Shown in pieces: positions 12,181-23,016 of a stretch of DNA of 64,000 bases. How positions within the stretch are numbered: position 1 is the stretch's first letter; every line of letters starts with the position of its first letter. The DNA is from Rhizodiscina lignyota (Eukaryota). Location of the stretch: NCBI GenBank assembly GCA_010015805.1, contig ML978125.1:620001-684000 (forward strand), given 5' to 3'. A program made the translations under genes and the position numbers. Under the pieces are notes generated by a model. It saw only the letters and a program-made list of their open reading frames with translations. It was not told the origin of the DNA and made no database searches.

Positions 12181-15100
12181 TTAGTAGTTCAACTCGCCGG
12201 TACCGGAACCACCAGCCGCATCCAGGTCCTCGTAGCTCTTCAAGCTCCTTCCCTGCACCGCCTCCCGCGGTCCCATCGCACCCGCCGCAGCACCAGCAGC
12301 ACCATCCGCAAACCTCATGCTGCCCAGACCGGGCACTCCCATCCCCATCATCCCCATCGGGCCACCGCGGCCCATACCCATCATGGGCATGCCGCCCATT
12401 GCACCAGCCTGTCCCCAGCGCATGTTACGCTGGTCACGACCACCTTGCCGATCGTACGGGCCTGCACTGCGGTTACCGAAGTTGCGACCACCACGGCGAT
12501 TCGGGCCAGCCTGGTGACCGCCATCGCCCTCAGTACCAGGAAGAGCGTTGGGGTTGACCCAGCTTCCAGGAAGAGGCTGTCCATTAGGGAACATGTTCTG
12601 GAAGCCAGGGTTCGGCATTCCAGTTGGCGACATGTTCATCGGGAAGCCAGGATTGAATGGCATATTTGCCAGGTTGAAGCCCCGGGGAGTGCCAGTCGGA
12701 TGGCCGTGCGCATTGCTGAGGGGGAAGTGACCGTTGGAACTCGCGTCGCTTCTGGACGGTGCGATATGGGCTGGATCAAGCACGTAGGCCGTGATCATCT
12801 CGACCTTCAACTAGTCAGCATATGACAATGATTAGGTAGAGAAGTAAAGAAGATCAACTTACATCTTTCTTGATCTTGAGGAAGAAATCCTCATGCCTCT
12901 TTTCGACATGCTTCCTCCAGAATCCTTCTCCCTTGAACAACTTTGTGCACTCTGGCACCTTGCATCGGAACTTGGCCTCGTCCTCTTGCTTCACAAACTT
13001 GTTCAGTTCATCCTCAAGCGCCTCATCAAAGGATTTGCCGCCCAACTTCTGAATGTCGACTGTCTCGGGCTCTAGGATCTGCATGAGCTTCTCCTCGTAT
13101 GTCTTGACCCAATTGAAAGCACGCTGAAGCTGCTGTTGAGATTTGCCCTTGGGTCCCTGGAACTTCTTCTCCTGAACTGGGGACGCGATTGGATCGTCAC
13201 CAGCGTCGTCACTTTGCTTGTCCTCTTGCTTCTTCGCCGGGAATGGCTCTCCATTTGCGCTTGCACGAGCAGCTGCTTTTGCGGCGGAAGTGAGACTCGA
13301 TCGAGGACGACGGAGGTGGCCACCGGGGCACTTGCGCATGAGCTCGTGGACAGAGTCGCTCTCAAAGACGCAGAAAAAGCAGAAGTTGAAGACACGACGC
13401 ATGTACTCCACCAACAGGTCAAGCTTCTTCTTCTTGGCGAGAAGCTCCTCGTCGTCAACTTCTTCATCATATTCGCCCTCGTCTTCTTCCTCTTCAACCA
13501 TGCCTTCGTCGTCGGTGTCATCAAACGCACCCACATCTTTCTTGGGCTTCGACGGAGCGGTGTTGGCGGGTGGTTGGAGCCAGCCCTTGCTACGAAGATC
13601 GTCGACGCGTTCAGTGATCCTTGCCATTCCAGCGCAGTCGCTGCCTAGCTCTTCTTCAAGCTTCTCGGCTAATCGAACCGCTAGTTCAAGGTCACGGTCG
13701 ATCCTCTCGGGTGCAGAGAAGAGATCCCAGAGTGCCTTCCTGCGCGGCATTGCTGGTGGCTCGTGGATGCCAACATGGCAGGTGAAGTCACCACGCTCCT
13801 CGTCATGGATCGTCTTTCCGTTGATCTCTTCAAGTGCTCTCGCAGATGCACTCTTCTTGGTATCTTCGACACCCGCATCACTCCTGACAGCGCCTTCCTC
13901 ATCAACTTCCTCATCACGACCATCACCTCGCTCGTCTTCCTTCGATTCGATCATTTCGATATCTGGTGCAGGGTTCAAGATGACCCATCCAATGCGGTGG
14001 CACTTCTTTTGAGTGTTCGGATCCGACAAACTTAGCCACTTGAAGCCACCGTCACCCTCACCCAGATGCTCCTTGCAAAATTCTTCCATCTTATCGCGGC
14101 TGACAGTCGGTGCAATGGTCTTGATGAGTAGGGTTGGCTGGAATGCGGCTTCATCACGAATCTCGCCGCCACGAGTTGGAAGCAGGTCTCCAACACCGAG
14201 AACCTCATTTGCTGCCGTCGCCTCTCCTTCTTCTTTCTCAGCCAAACCACCAGCTCCATTGCTGTCGTTCTTGTAGATGCCCTCGAGCGTGAACTCGTCG
14301 AAAGTGCCTGCCTCGAGGTCACCTTCCCACTGAGCATATGCTCCACGTCGGAATTCGCTTAAGCGCAATCGGAAGCTCGCACGTGCTTCTGGGTCATATC
14401 GCTCCTTGAACCACTCTTCACCCTTGTGTTGCTGCACGAACGCCCTGGACATCTGCACTTGAAGTTTCTCCTTGTACGAATCGTAAGCTTCTTGAATTCG
14501 CTCCCGCTCTCTACCACGCTCCTCGCGCTCGTCCTTGACAGTCGGGCGGCGTCCACCGTTCTTGGCTCGTTCTTTCTCTTCCTTGATCCGTTGATCTACA
14601 CGCCACCATTCGGCAAAGAAGTTGAAACCAACTTGGTAATCGAGTGTCAATGGGTTTGCTAGAGGATTCACAGTGATTGGAGGAGGGTTGCTCTCTTGAC
14701 CAGGCACATAGCGATCGATGTCGTTGGGAGGACGAGGTGAAGAGCGTCGACGGTGGTGGAGCTCATGGCGAAATCGGTAGTCGTCATCTCGCGAGGCACG
14801 TCCTGGCTGGTAGCGGTCGATGTTTGGAGGAGATCGCGAACGGTTACGATTGCCACGTCCGCGGCGTTCGTACGGACCTGTAGTGAGAGAAAATGAGCGA
14901 GTCCCCGAAGAACGCAAGAAAGATGAACGTTTGTTATCACGGTTTGGCGTAGAGATCTCTCGACGATCTTCAACTGGAGATGGGGGACGAGGACTTGGGC
15001 GGGGTGAGGGGGAAAGGTCTCGAGCACGGGAGGGGAAATCCTCTCTAGGACGAAAGGGGAGATCAAGGAGCATGCCCTGTTGCTTGGAATTGCTCGGCGT

Positions 15101-15577
15101 TTTACGAGGACGAGGATCCATCATCTTCTCGACCCTTCGCCATTCCGTACACTCGCCCCAGGCCGGGGGTGTTGAGCCTCGGCGAGGAGAACGGCGATTC
15201 TCTCGGGGATCAGAAGGGGGATTGTCTCCAGTACCGACATGGAGATTGCCTCCAGGCCGAAAAGGAATATTGTGGAGATAAAGATGGGGGGCATCCATGG
15301 CAAGGAAGTGCCTTTCGGGAATCTTAGAGCGTTCATGGGCCGATAAGAGAACCCTAGGCAACACAGGATCCTTGGTTTCTGGCTTGGGAGTCTTGTCTGT
15401 GTAGAGGTAATATCCGAACTGCAAGGGCATTGCACGAAAGCAGAAAAAAAGTGCTTACCGGGTGAGCGTTGCCTGTAGCTGTCGGTAGACGCGCGACCAC
15501 CACTGTCGTCACGGCTGCATAAAGTTAGCTTGGTCCGAGCAACAAGTCCTCCAGTCCACTCACGTATAGGCGTCCAT
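12181..15577 (-). CDS. ars2: Ars2/SERRATE (Pir2-like) cap-binding-complex adaptor
   Basis: Predicted exons 15577-15564, 15514-15459, 14877-12863 and 12810-12181. RS-rich N-terminus, FVQQHKGEEWFKERY (DUF3546-type), YMRRVFNFCFFC..CPGGHLRR, C2H2 finger CKVPECTKLFKGEGFWRKHVEKRH, and C-terminal SYEDLDA..LNY. Confidence 0.88.
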
Positions 15578-16518
15578 CCTGCACAGCTCTCCAGGAGCTA
15601 TCCGATTTCGTGCAGTCAGATGTGTTTATGTTTGGGGGTAAAGTTTACGCGTTGATTGCGCGTTTTGAGGTTGCGGAGGTGCCTGGCGGCTGGAATCGAG
15701 ATAGAGTGTCAAGTGATTGGGGGAGAGCAAAAGTAGGGGACAGAAGTCCCAGAAAGTCTGTTTGCCAACATGGCAATCGTTAGAGTAGGCTTCAAAAGTG
15801 ATATGAGAACGGTATGGGCTGAGGCGGCGAGTGAAGCGAGAAACACGAGCACGCTAAGGTAGATGGTAATTATATGGTAGTATATCGCAAAGAACAGGCA
15901 ACATGTCGCATATCAAGCTAGCAGCTGCAACAGAAGGCAGCGATTGCGTAGCTCAGCGCAGGCCATGTTCTAAAGGTTGAAGTGAAGTGAAAAGAGCAGT
16001 GAAACGCGTCGGCTGAAACGCCACAGAAGAGTGATTGGGGGCCGGAGAGAGAAGCGATTTGGGATATCCCTAGTCGTAAAGGTGTGGATATTGTACTCAC
16101 GAGTTTGGCCTGCGAGGAGGATGGCGAGATTGATTTGCCCTCTCACAGGTGTGGGTGTTGTAGGAGAGGTCGTGGTGAGTGAACGTTCGCCTTAAATGTT
16201 GCCGAGCCGCGCTAGCGCCTGTTTGGGAAAGGTGGCTATGACAGGGTTCCCGCAGCTTGGAGCTTGGGTGACGTCGCATGAGAACGCGGGCGCGCGATGT
16301 GGGGAGACCGGCACTGACAGCGCCCTGCTTTATGTGAAAAGGGGACGTTTGCTCGATATTTATTTGTGAGCTCGTCTTGTTTGACTGGAAACATTCACAC
16401 TCCATTTCATACCCTCTACTCAATCTCTGTAGCAAGGCAAGATCGCGGAACGCTTCCGAGCCGCAAGCAGCTTCACTAACAGCATTCACTATAGAGACTA
16501 TTTCACCACATCGCCGAA

Positions 16519-17135
16519 ATGACAACCTACATCCCCTCCCTCACGCTTCCCGCATTCGTATTCGAGAAGCCAGCCGCTGCAGTGCTTCTGCCCATCGTCC
16601 TTGGCCAAGCAGTCGGCCTCTCGGCCCGCCCAGACGGGTCCAAGAAGACATACAATGCGCTGAAGCAACCTCCATATGCTCCGCCTGCGCACATCTTTGC
16701 GCCAGTCTGGACAGTGCTCTATGGGTCTATGGGCTATGCTGCCTACCGCGCCTGGACAGCGGGAATGAATTCCTTCGATGCGAACAAGGTTCTCTTGGCA
16801 AAGCAAGGTGCCACGCTCTATACCATCCAGCTTGGTCTCAACCTCCTCTGGATGCCGCTGTTCTTCAGCTTGGGCAGGCCCATTGAGGCAACTGTTGACA
16901 TTGTTGCTCTCACTGGTCTGACGGGCTATTTGACTTATACGTGGAGCAAGGTTGACAAGGTCGCTGGGTGGGCGTTGGCGCCATACCTGGGCTGGCTCGG
17001 ATTCGCGACGTACCTCTGCGTAAGTGGATATTCTTCATTCATGAATTCAAACACTCATACAGAGCATAGGCTGGTGCTGGTTATTTGAACAACTGGGACT
17101 TCCATGGTAAGCAGAAGGTGCAAAAGGAGGAGTAA
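16519..17135 (+). CDS. tspO: TspO/MBR translocator protein
   Basis: LKQPPYAPPAHIFAPVWTVLY, QLGLNLLWMPLFF and PYLGWLGFATYL. Intron 17020-17069; last exon AGAGYLNNWDFHGKQKVQKEE*. Confidence 0.9.
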
Positions 17136-17433
17136 TGGCGGAAGATGTCAAGACAGAAGCAAGGTAGTTGCTTGTGACAAAGCAGTCAACAGTCATGATC
17201 TCCACTTCCATCCTGGAAAGATTACAATACATCTTCGAGCAATCGACTCTCAATCCACCAAGCAAGACTGGAGCTTATAGTGTCCAGCATGATCGTAATC
17301 GCATTCGTTCACTCTGTAAAGGTGCTTGAAACGTAGAGAGATGCACGAAAGTTCCATACATGCAGTCGTTAGGGTGGGGGAGCCTTTTTCCCTACTTAGG
17401 TTGTTCCCAAGTGACCATCTGAAGACTGTGGCA

Positions 17434-18541
17434 TTACTTTGCAGCAGGATTGACCAACGTGCTTCCGCCATCTGGGTACAGGAACTGCTCGTTATAAAAC
17501 AGCCCTCCGGGCCCGGCAAGAAACAGCACAGTGGCCGCCATGTCACTATCTGCTCCAGTTCGCCCTACAACATTGTTAGTTGTTATCCTCATTTTGTATC
17601 TCAGTACGCACCTGCTGGGTTTGCTGGGGGCTTATCGATTTCCGACTTGTTCGTTTCATCGGATTCGCCCGTAGTCATCTCACTTGGAAAGAGTCCTGGC
17701 GCAATACAATTGACTCTCACACCAACATCCTTGAAGGTCGTTGCCAGCATCCTCGTCATGTGACTAAACGCAGCCTTGCTGGTCGCATAGGCGAATTGAC
17801 CGCCCGAACTACCCTTCATCTGGCCGCTCACGCTGCTCACGTTGATGATGCTGCTACTGTATCCGTTGATCTTGTTCCTACCTTTCGCCAGAAGGGGCAA
17901 GAAGGCCATGGAAGTGAAGAACTGACCGGTCACATTCGTACGGAACGTGTCCTCCCAGGCCTGAGGGTCTGATTTAATAAAGTGATTGTGAATGGAGTCG
18001 GCATCCTTCATATCAGGCTGTCCAGCGGTAGAGAACTTTGTCGCATCATCTCTGGCGATACCGGCATTGTTGACAAGAAGCTGAATGCCATCTGGTTCCA
18101 TTTGGTCCATCTGCGACGCAAGATCTAGTATCTCGCTTTTCTTGCTCACATCACCGGGGAGGCTAGCATACCATTAGTTGCTTCTGGGGTACAACTTGCG
18201 AGTAAGGGAAGTCTGTACGAATGCAGTGATCCCGGACCAGTGTTGTAGACCTTCGTCGTCTGCTCGAGGGCTTCCTCTCTCCTTCCGGTAATATACACCT
18301 TGGCACCGTTCGCAACCAGAGCCTGAGTTATCATCAAGCCGATGCCTGTGCCTCCGCCTGTGACAAGTGCCGTGATGTGTGATACGTCAAAGAGGTTTGC
18401 GCGATCCAATGGAGCATTCTCTCCCTTCGCTGTTGTTGCAGCCATTGTCTTGATGCTTGATGTGATTGAAAGAGGAATAAAATGATTTCGAATGGAAGTC
18501 GTTCGAAGCAGAGCAGATGATCTTTGAAAAGTTCGAAGCAT
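17434..18541 (-). CDS. Short-chain dehydrogenase/reductase (RhlG/FabG-like); alternative start at 18445
   Basis: TGGGTGIG Rossmann motif, NNAG, catalytic YATSK, RVNCIAPGLFPSEMT. Introns near 18218-18163 and at 17611-17565; ends YPDGGSTLVNPAAK*. Confidence 0.88.
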
Positions 18542-18659
18542 CTTAGGTTCTCTAAAAATTTCCTGAGTGGCTTTGAATATATACGAATAAGCTTGACCCT
18601 TCACCTACCAACGAGATGATGACGTCGATATTATCTACAGATCGCAATGCTCGTATGAC

Positions 18660-19060
18660 GCATTGTCCGCGTGTTTGTAATGGATCTTACCAAAAAATAA
18701 ACTGTCCACGAGAAAGTCGACGCGAATCTGATGAAGCTCACAGAGTTGACGAGTTCCCTACGACTGTGTGCGCAGTGGATGTAGAGTGGCATGAGGCAGG
18801 ACCGACGAACTCCGCACCTTCGTCTCCCAAAGGCGCAACCAGGACAACAAAATTGCTATGTCTAAGCCTTCGCACGTTGCAATTGCAAGATTTCCGATAT
18901 CGATCTGTCCTTCGGCCAACGAACCGATCTCGACGCGAGAAAAGGTTGTCGAGATGCATGCGCCTTGGCAAGACGCGTTGCTCCTGGCAACAAACAACTC
19001 AACACGAACATCGTCCGTCTTGCGCGCATCCTCTCATCCGAACTGCTCCGCGACGCGACA
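18660..19060. promoter_or_regulatory. Cluster of MCB-like ACGCG elements in the SDR/mps1 divergent promoter
   Basis: GACGCGA at 18719, 18932 and 19052; ACGCGT at 18973; reverse ACGCG near 18668. Confidence 0.4.
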
Positions 19061-19280
19061 GATAACGCCCTTCGAGAAATCCCTTTTCTTTGCTATGTCC
19101 GCATGCATATGGAGAAAGCAGTAGCAAAATACAGCAGCACACGGAAGATTGATCGACATTCGCTAAGATATCAACGACGAAACGACTCTTGCGCGACCGC
19201 ATCGAATCCCCAAAGCACACGATCAAAGACGCCTTTCGACGACCTCGCGTACATGAATAGGTAGCAAATACAGACGTTCA

Positions 19281-21191
19281 ATGGCAACGGCTTCGCCAAC
19301 ACCAATCTCATACGGCGCCGGCCGACTATCTCGCGCTCCTTCGACGCGACTAGGCTTGCGACATGCTTCTCCATTATCAGTCCTTAGCCAGTCGCAAGGC
19401 TTCACCTCCAACGTCGAGCCACTACAACACATCGGCGTCGGTGACAGCAGTGATGATGACATGCCGCAGATGCCGAAGCTGAGTGGTCTTACACAAGCAA
19501 TGCTGGACCAAAACCAGAGTCAACACGAGCGGGAAAGAAGGTCGGAAGACAATGCACAATCACCTCGACGACAGTCCCCAAGGAGACAGCCGGGCAACCA
19601 CTCACGCATACGTATATCGAGGAACAACACCCCGAAGCACGACAGCACCACCCCGGCGCCATCAATCCGCGTGAAGAGAACAGCGTTACAAGGCGCGCCA
19701 ATGCGGCGGAACAGGCGCACGCCGCAGGGCGATGAGGAGCAGCGGCCGCCTAGTCAGGATCAGGAGAACATCCCCGTGTCTATTGTCAAGCCCGACAACG
19801 GGGGAAGGAGCGTGCTCGTGCACAGGGACGACTCCGTCATGAAGCCGGAGAACCCAGGCCGCCAGATTCTCGTTCATCGCGATGAGAAGCCAATCCCTCT
19901 TGCACAAGTGAGTGCGAATACACCGATGAGACCTGCGCCGCCTCCACCGCCGCCGCCGAAGATGTCAATACTAGAGACCGCGACTGCGGTAGCTGGGGCT
20001 GGGGCTACGAAACAGAAGAGGCGGAGAGGACATATGACTGTCAACGGCAAGACATATACTCAATTGGACAAGATTGGCAAAGGTGGCAGCGGACAAGTTT
20101 ACAGAGTGATGGCGGAGAATGGCAAGCTTCTGGCACTTAAGAGGGTCAAGCTCGACGAGGCAGATGAAGCAGCGATATTAGGGTACAAGGGCGAGATTGA
20201 GCTCCTAAAGAAGCTACAAAGCGAAGCAAGAGTAATCGACCTCTACGATTGGCAAGTTGATGAAGAGAAGCAATGTCTCAGCGTCGTAAGTTTCTCATAA
20301 AGTACGTTCTTCAATCAAATTTTATGCTCACGCAGATAACAGCTCCTCGAAATGGGCGACACCGACCTCTCACGCGTCATCCGGTCCAAAAATGATGCCG
20401 ACACCGCCACGCTCGACCTCCCCTTCACGCGGTACTACTGGCGCGAGATGCTTTCTTGCGTCGCCGCCGTGCACGCGCACGAAATCGTACACTCGGACCT
20501 CAAGCCCGCGAATTTCCTCTTGGTGCAAGGGCAGCTCAAACTTATCGACTTTGGCATCGCGGGCGCCATCGACACGGAGCATACCGTGAACGTGCATAGG
20601 GACAATCATGTTGGTACGCCGAATTACATGAGCCCCGAATCATTACAAGACTCGAACGCAAAAGAACGGCAAGAATCACTTTCGGCGAGTCAGAGCGGAA
20701 ATGGGGGGAAAGTGGATGTGCCACTGGCGAAGTTAATGCGCGTCGGCAAGCCTAGCGACGTGTGGAGTCTCGGCTGCATCCTCTACCAGATGACATACGG
20801 CCGCCCGCCCTTCGCGCACATCCCCAATCCCATACAGCGCGTCATGGCCATCATAAATCCAAACATCATCATCGAATATCCCGCGACTGGTATCGGTGGC
20901 ATCAAGGTGCCCCCCGCACTCAAACGAACTCTTAGGGCGTGTCTGAATCGCGACCCCACGACACGCCCGACCATCGCGGCCTTGTTAGACGAGCGGGACG
21001 AGTGGCTATACCCGGACAGCGGAGATGATCTGAGGATCAGTGAGGAGCTGTTAGGCAGGGTGATTCAGCGGCTCGCGGAAAGGTTCTGGGAGAGCGATGA
21101 GAAGGGTGTGCCGACAAGGGAGGATATTGAGAAGTATCCCGCGATGTTTTATTCCAAGTTGCGGATGATTTTAGAGGAGGGGCATGGGTAG
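19281..21191 (+). CDS. mps1: Mps1/TTK spindle-checkpoint protein kinase
   Basis: QDQENIP and PAPPPPPPPKMSILETAT N-terminal motifs. Kinase motifs IGKGGSGQVYRV, ALKRV, HSDLKPANFLLV, LKLIDFGIA, GTPNYMSPESL and SDVWSLGCILYQM. Intron 20286-20342. Confidence 0.93.
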
Positions 21192-21226
21192 AAGAAGAAG
21201 AAGAAGAAGAAGAAGAAGAAGAAGAA
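21191..21226 (+). repeat. (GAA)12 microsatellite starting at the last base of the mps1 stop codon
   Basis: Perfect GAA x12 read directly, followed by a degenerate AAAGAAAAGATGATGAT tail. Confidence 0.95.
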
Positions 21227-23016
21227 AAAGAAAAGATGATGATTGAGTTTGTGGAGAACTGGGGGAGACTGTAGAGTGCTGAAATAGCGCTAAAGGCTCG
21301 TGGCGAACGCCCAGCATGAGGCTTCAAAGGAAGCCATTTCTTTTCGCTCGTTCGGATACCCTCAAATTCGAAGCCTATGGGCTGTCTTGGAATCATGCTC
21401 TTCTTTTCGTATTCTTCAAAAGCGGATTCCATATATTAAGAGCATGCACTAGCAGTCATCAGATCCCTTAAGCAAGATGCCACATTACATGGTATTCAGG
21501 AGCTCGTTTCCAGCAAGGAACTAGTATACAGAGCCACTCTATTACAGTTGCCTTCAGCACTTCCAAGCATCTCCGTGTATGCGTGAGTTCGACATTTGAC
21601 GTTCTCGGAGAGTAGCTTGCCATTTGTGCCTTACGAAGATTTACTTCTCATCATCGAAATTGTAGAAGTGATTTGACGTGACGTTGCCACCATGAGAAGC
21701 CACGCCATAGATTCGCTGCAGGAAAGAGCAGAGCAGATCGAGCTTCAACGGCATATAAAAAAGCCACTATTGCAAGTCTAATGCGCTCACGAGAAACTAC
21801 CTCGGGAACGACTTCAACAGATGCTCCCGCAGTTTCTTGATGTCCCTTTTAGCCTCGCGATCCATGCTGTCTCATTCGGCTTTAGCATCGTCCACCAAAT
21901 GACGCTTTCAGGATCAACAACTCCTATTTTTTACTTGTCAGATCCCTCGAGGCCTTTCAAGCTCCGCACGGACTTAGCAACGCCATCTCATTACCCAGAC
22001 TCAGTGTATTGAACTGACTAAATCTTACAGACGTGTAAAAGACATAGTTTAAATAAGTTTCGCAGCTCTCCTTAGGAGACAGTACCTTTGAAGTCTTAGT
22101 ATGATATACATCAGCGTGCCAAAATAGTTAAACTATTCTGTCTGTCTAAAGGGCACAGTCTAAATGAGTTTCGCTCCTCTCCTACAGGTCGAACATTTCC
22201 GAAAGCTCGATATGACGTACCACAGCCAGTGTTTGTTCACTTTCCACCACTTCGATGAACAAAACTCGTATTTACTCGGCTGACTACGCCCTTTCATAGA
22301 TCGAGGCCATTGTACGCAGTCCGCGTCAACTCGTTGGTCACACTCAAGGCAAGACACAACACCGCACGATACTTGGTAGTCACGCAGGGGTAATAAGACA
22401 TCACAAGCACAAGGCAATCCGAGACACAATATTACAGGGTACAATAACTCTCACATTTTGAAACGTCAAAAAAGCTATCCTATCGAGAAAAGTGCCGTGT
22501 CGTCCCCATTCACGCCGTCCAAGAAGAAAGGGGCTCGTTCAGCACTTCGGGGTAATCGCAAGAAGAAAAAGGCAGAAGCACAAAAGACAACAAAAAGGGG
22601 GAAAGCGAAAAGGCAAAAGAGAAAAAGTCCAGAGCCAGTTGCAAAATGCAAGCCGCAAGCAGGGAGACACACGTCGAGTCCTGCCGTCCGATCCGGTACG
22701 CCGCCAACCAGTTCCCAAAGAAGAAGCAAAAGAGAAAAAGCTTCGTACCCTATTCGTATGGACCTAGACAGGCCACTCACACCGCAGGGAAGAAGCCGAG
22801 AAAGAAGGGGCACGCGGGGCCCTGAATAACACAATTGCCAGAAGGAGTCAAAAAGCAGCAACGAACAAACAACAAAGGGAATTCTAGAAAGTTCAAGAGC
22901 AAGGGGGTGTGTGTGAACGAGAATCGGACTGCCAAGTGCAAGGTGCAAAAAACTGCAAACGCCACTCAAATGCAAAAGCAACCGCCAAATTGAAACCTAT
23001 GCTCTTGTCCAAGTGC

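Noticed and set aside
13072..15281. Many long antisense or off-frame ORFs over ars2 (similar ones over RIM15, chitin synthase and kinesin)
   Set aside because: These are shadow ORFs expected from GC-rich codon bias, with no motifs and Ser/Phe-rich mirror composition.
22458..22981. Lys-rich and Phe/Leu-rich ORFs
   Set aside because: They are products of A-rich low-complexity UTR sequence, and the two longest start at TTG rather than ATG.
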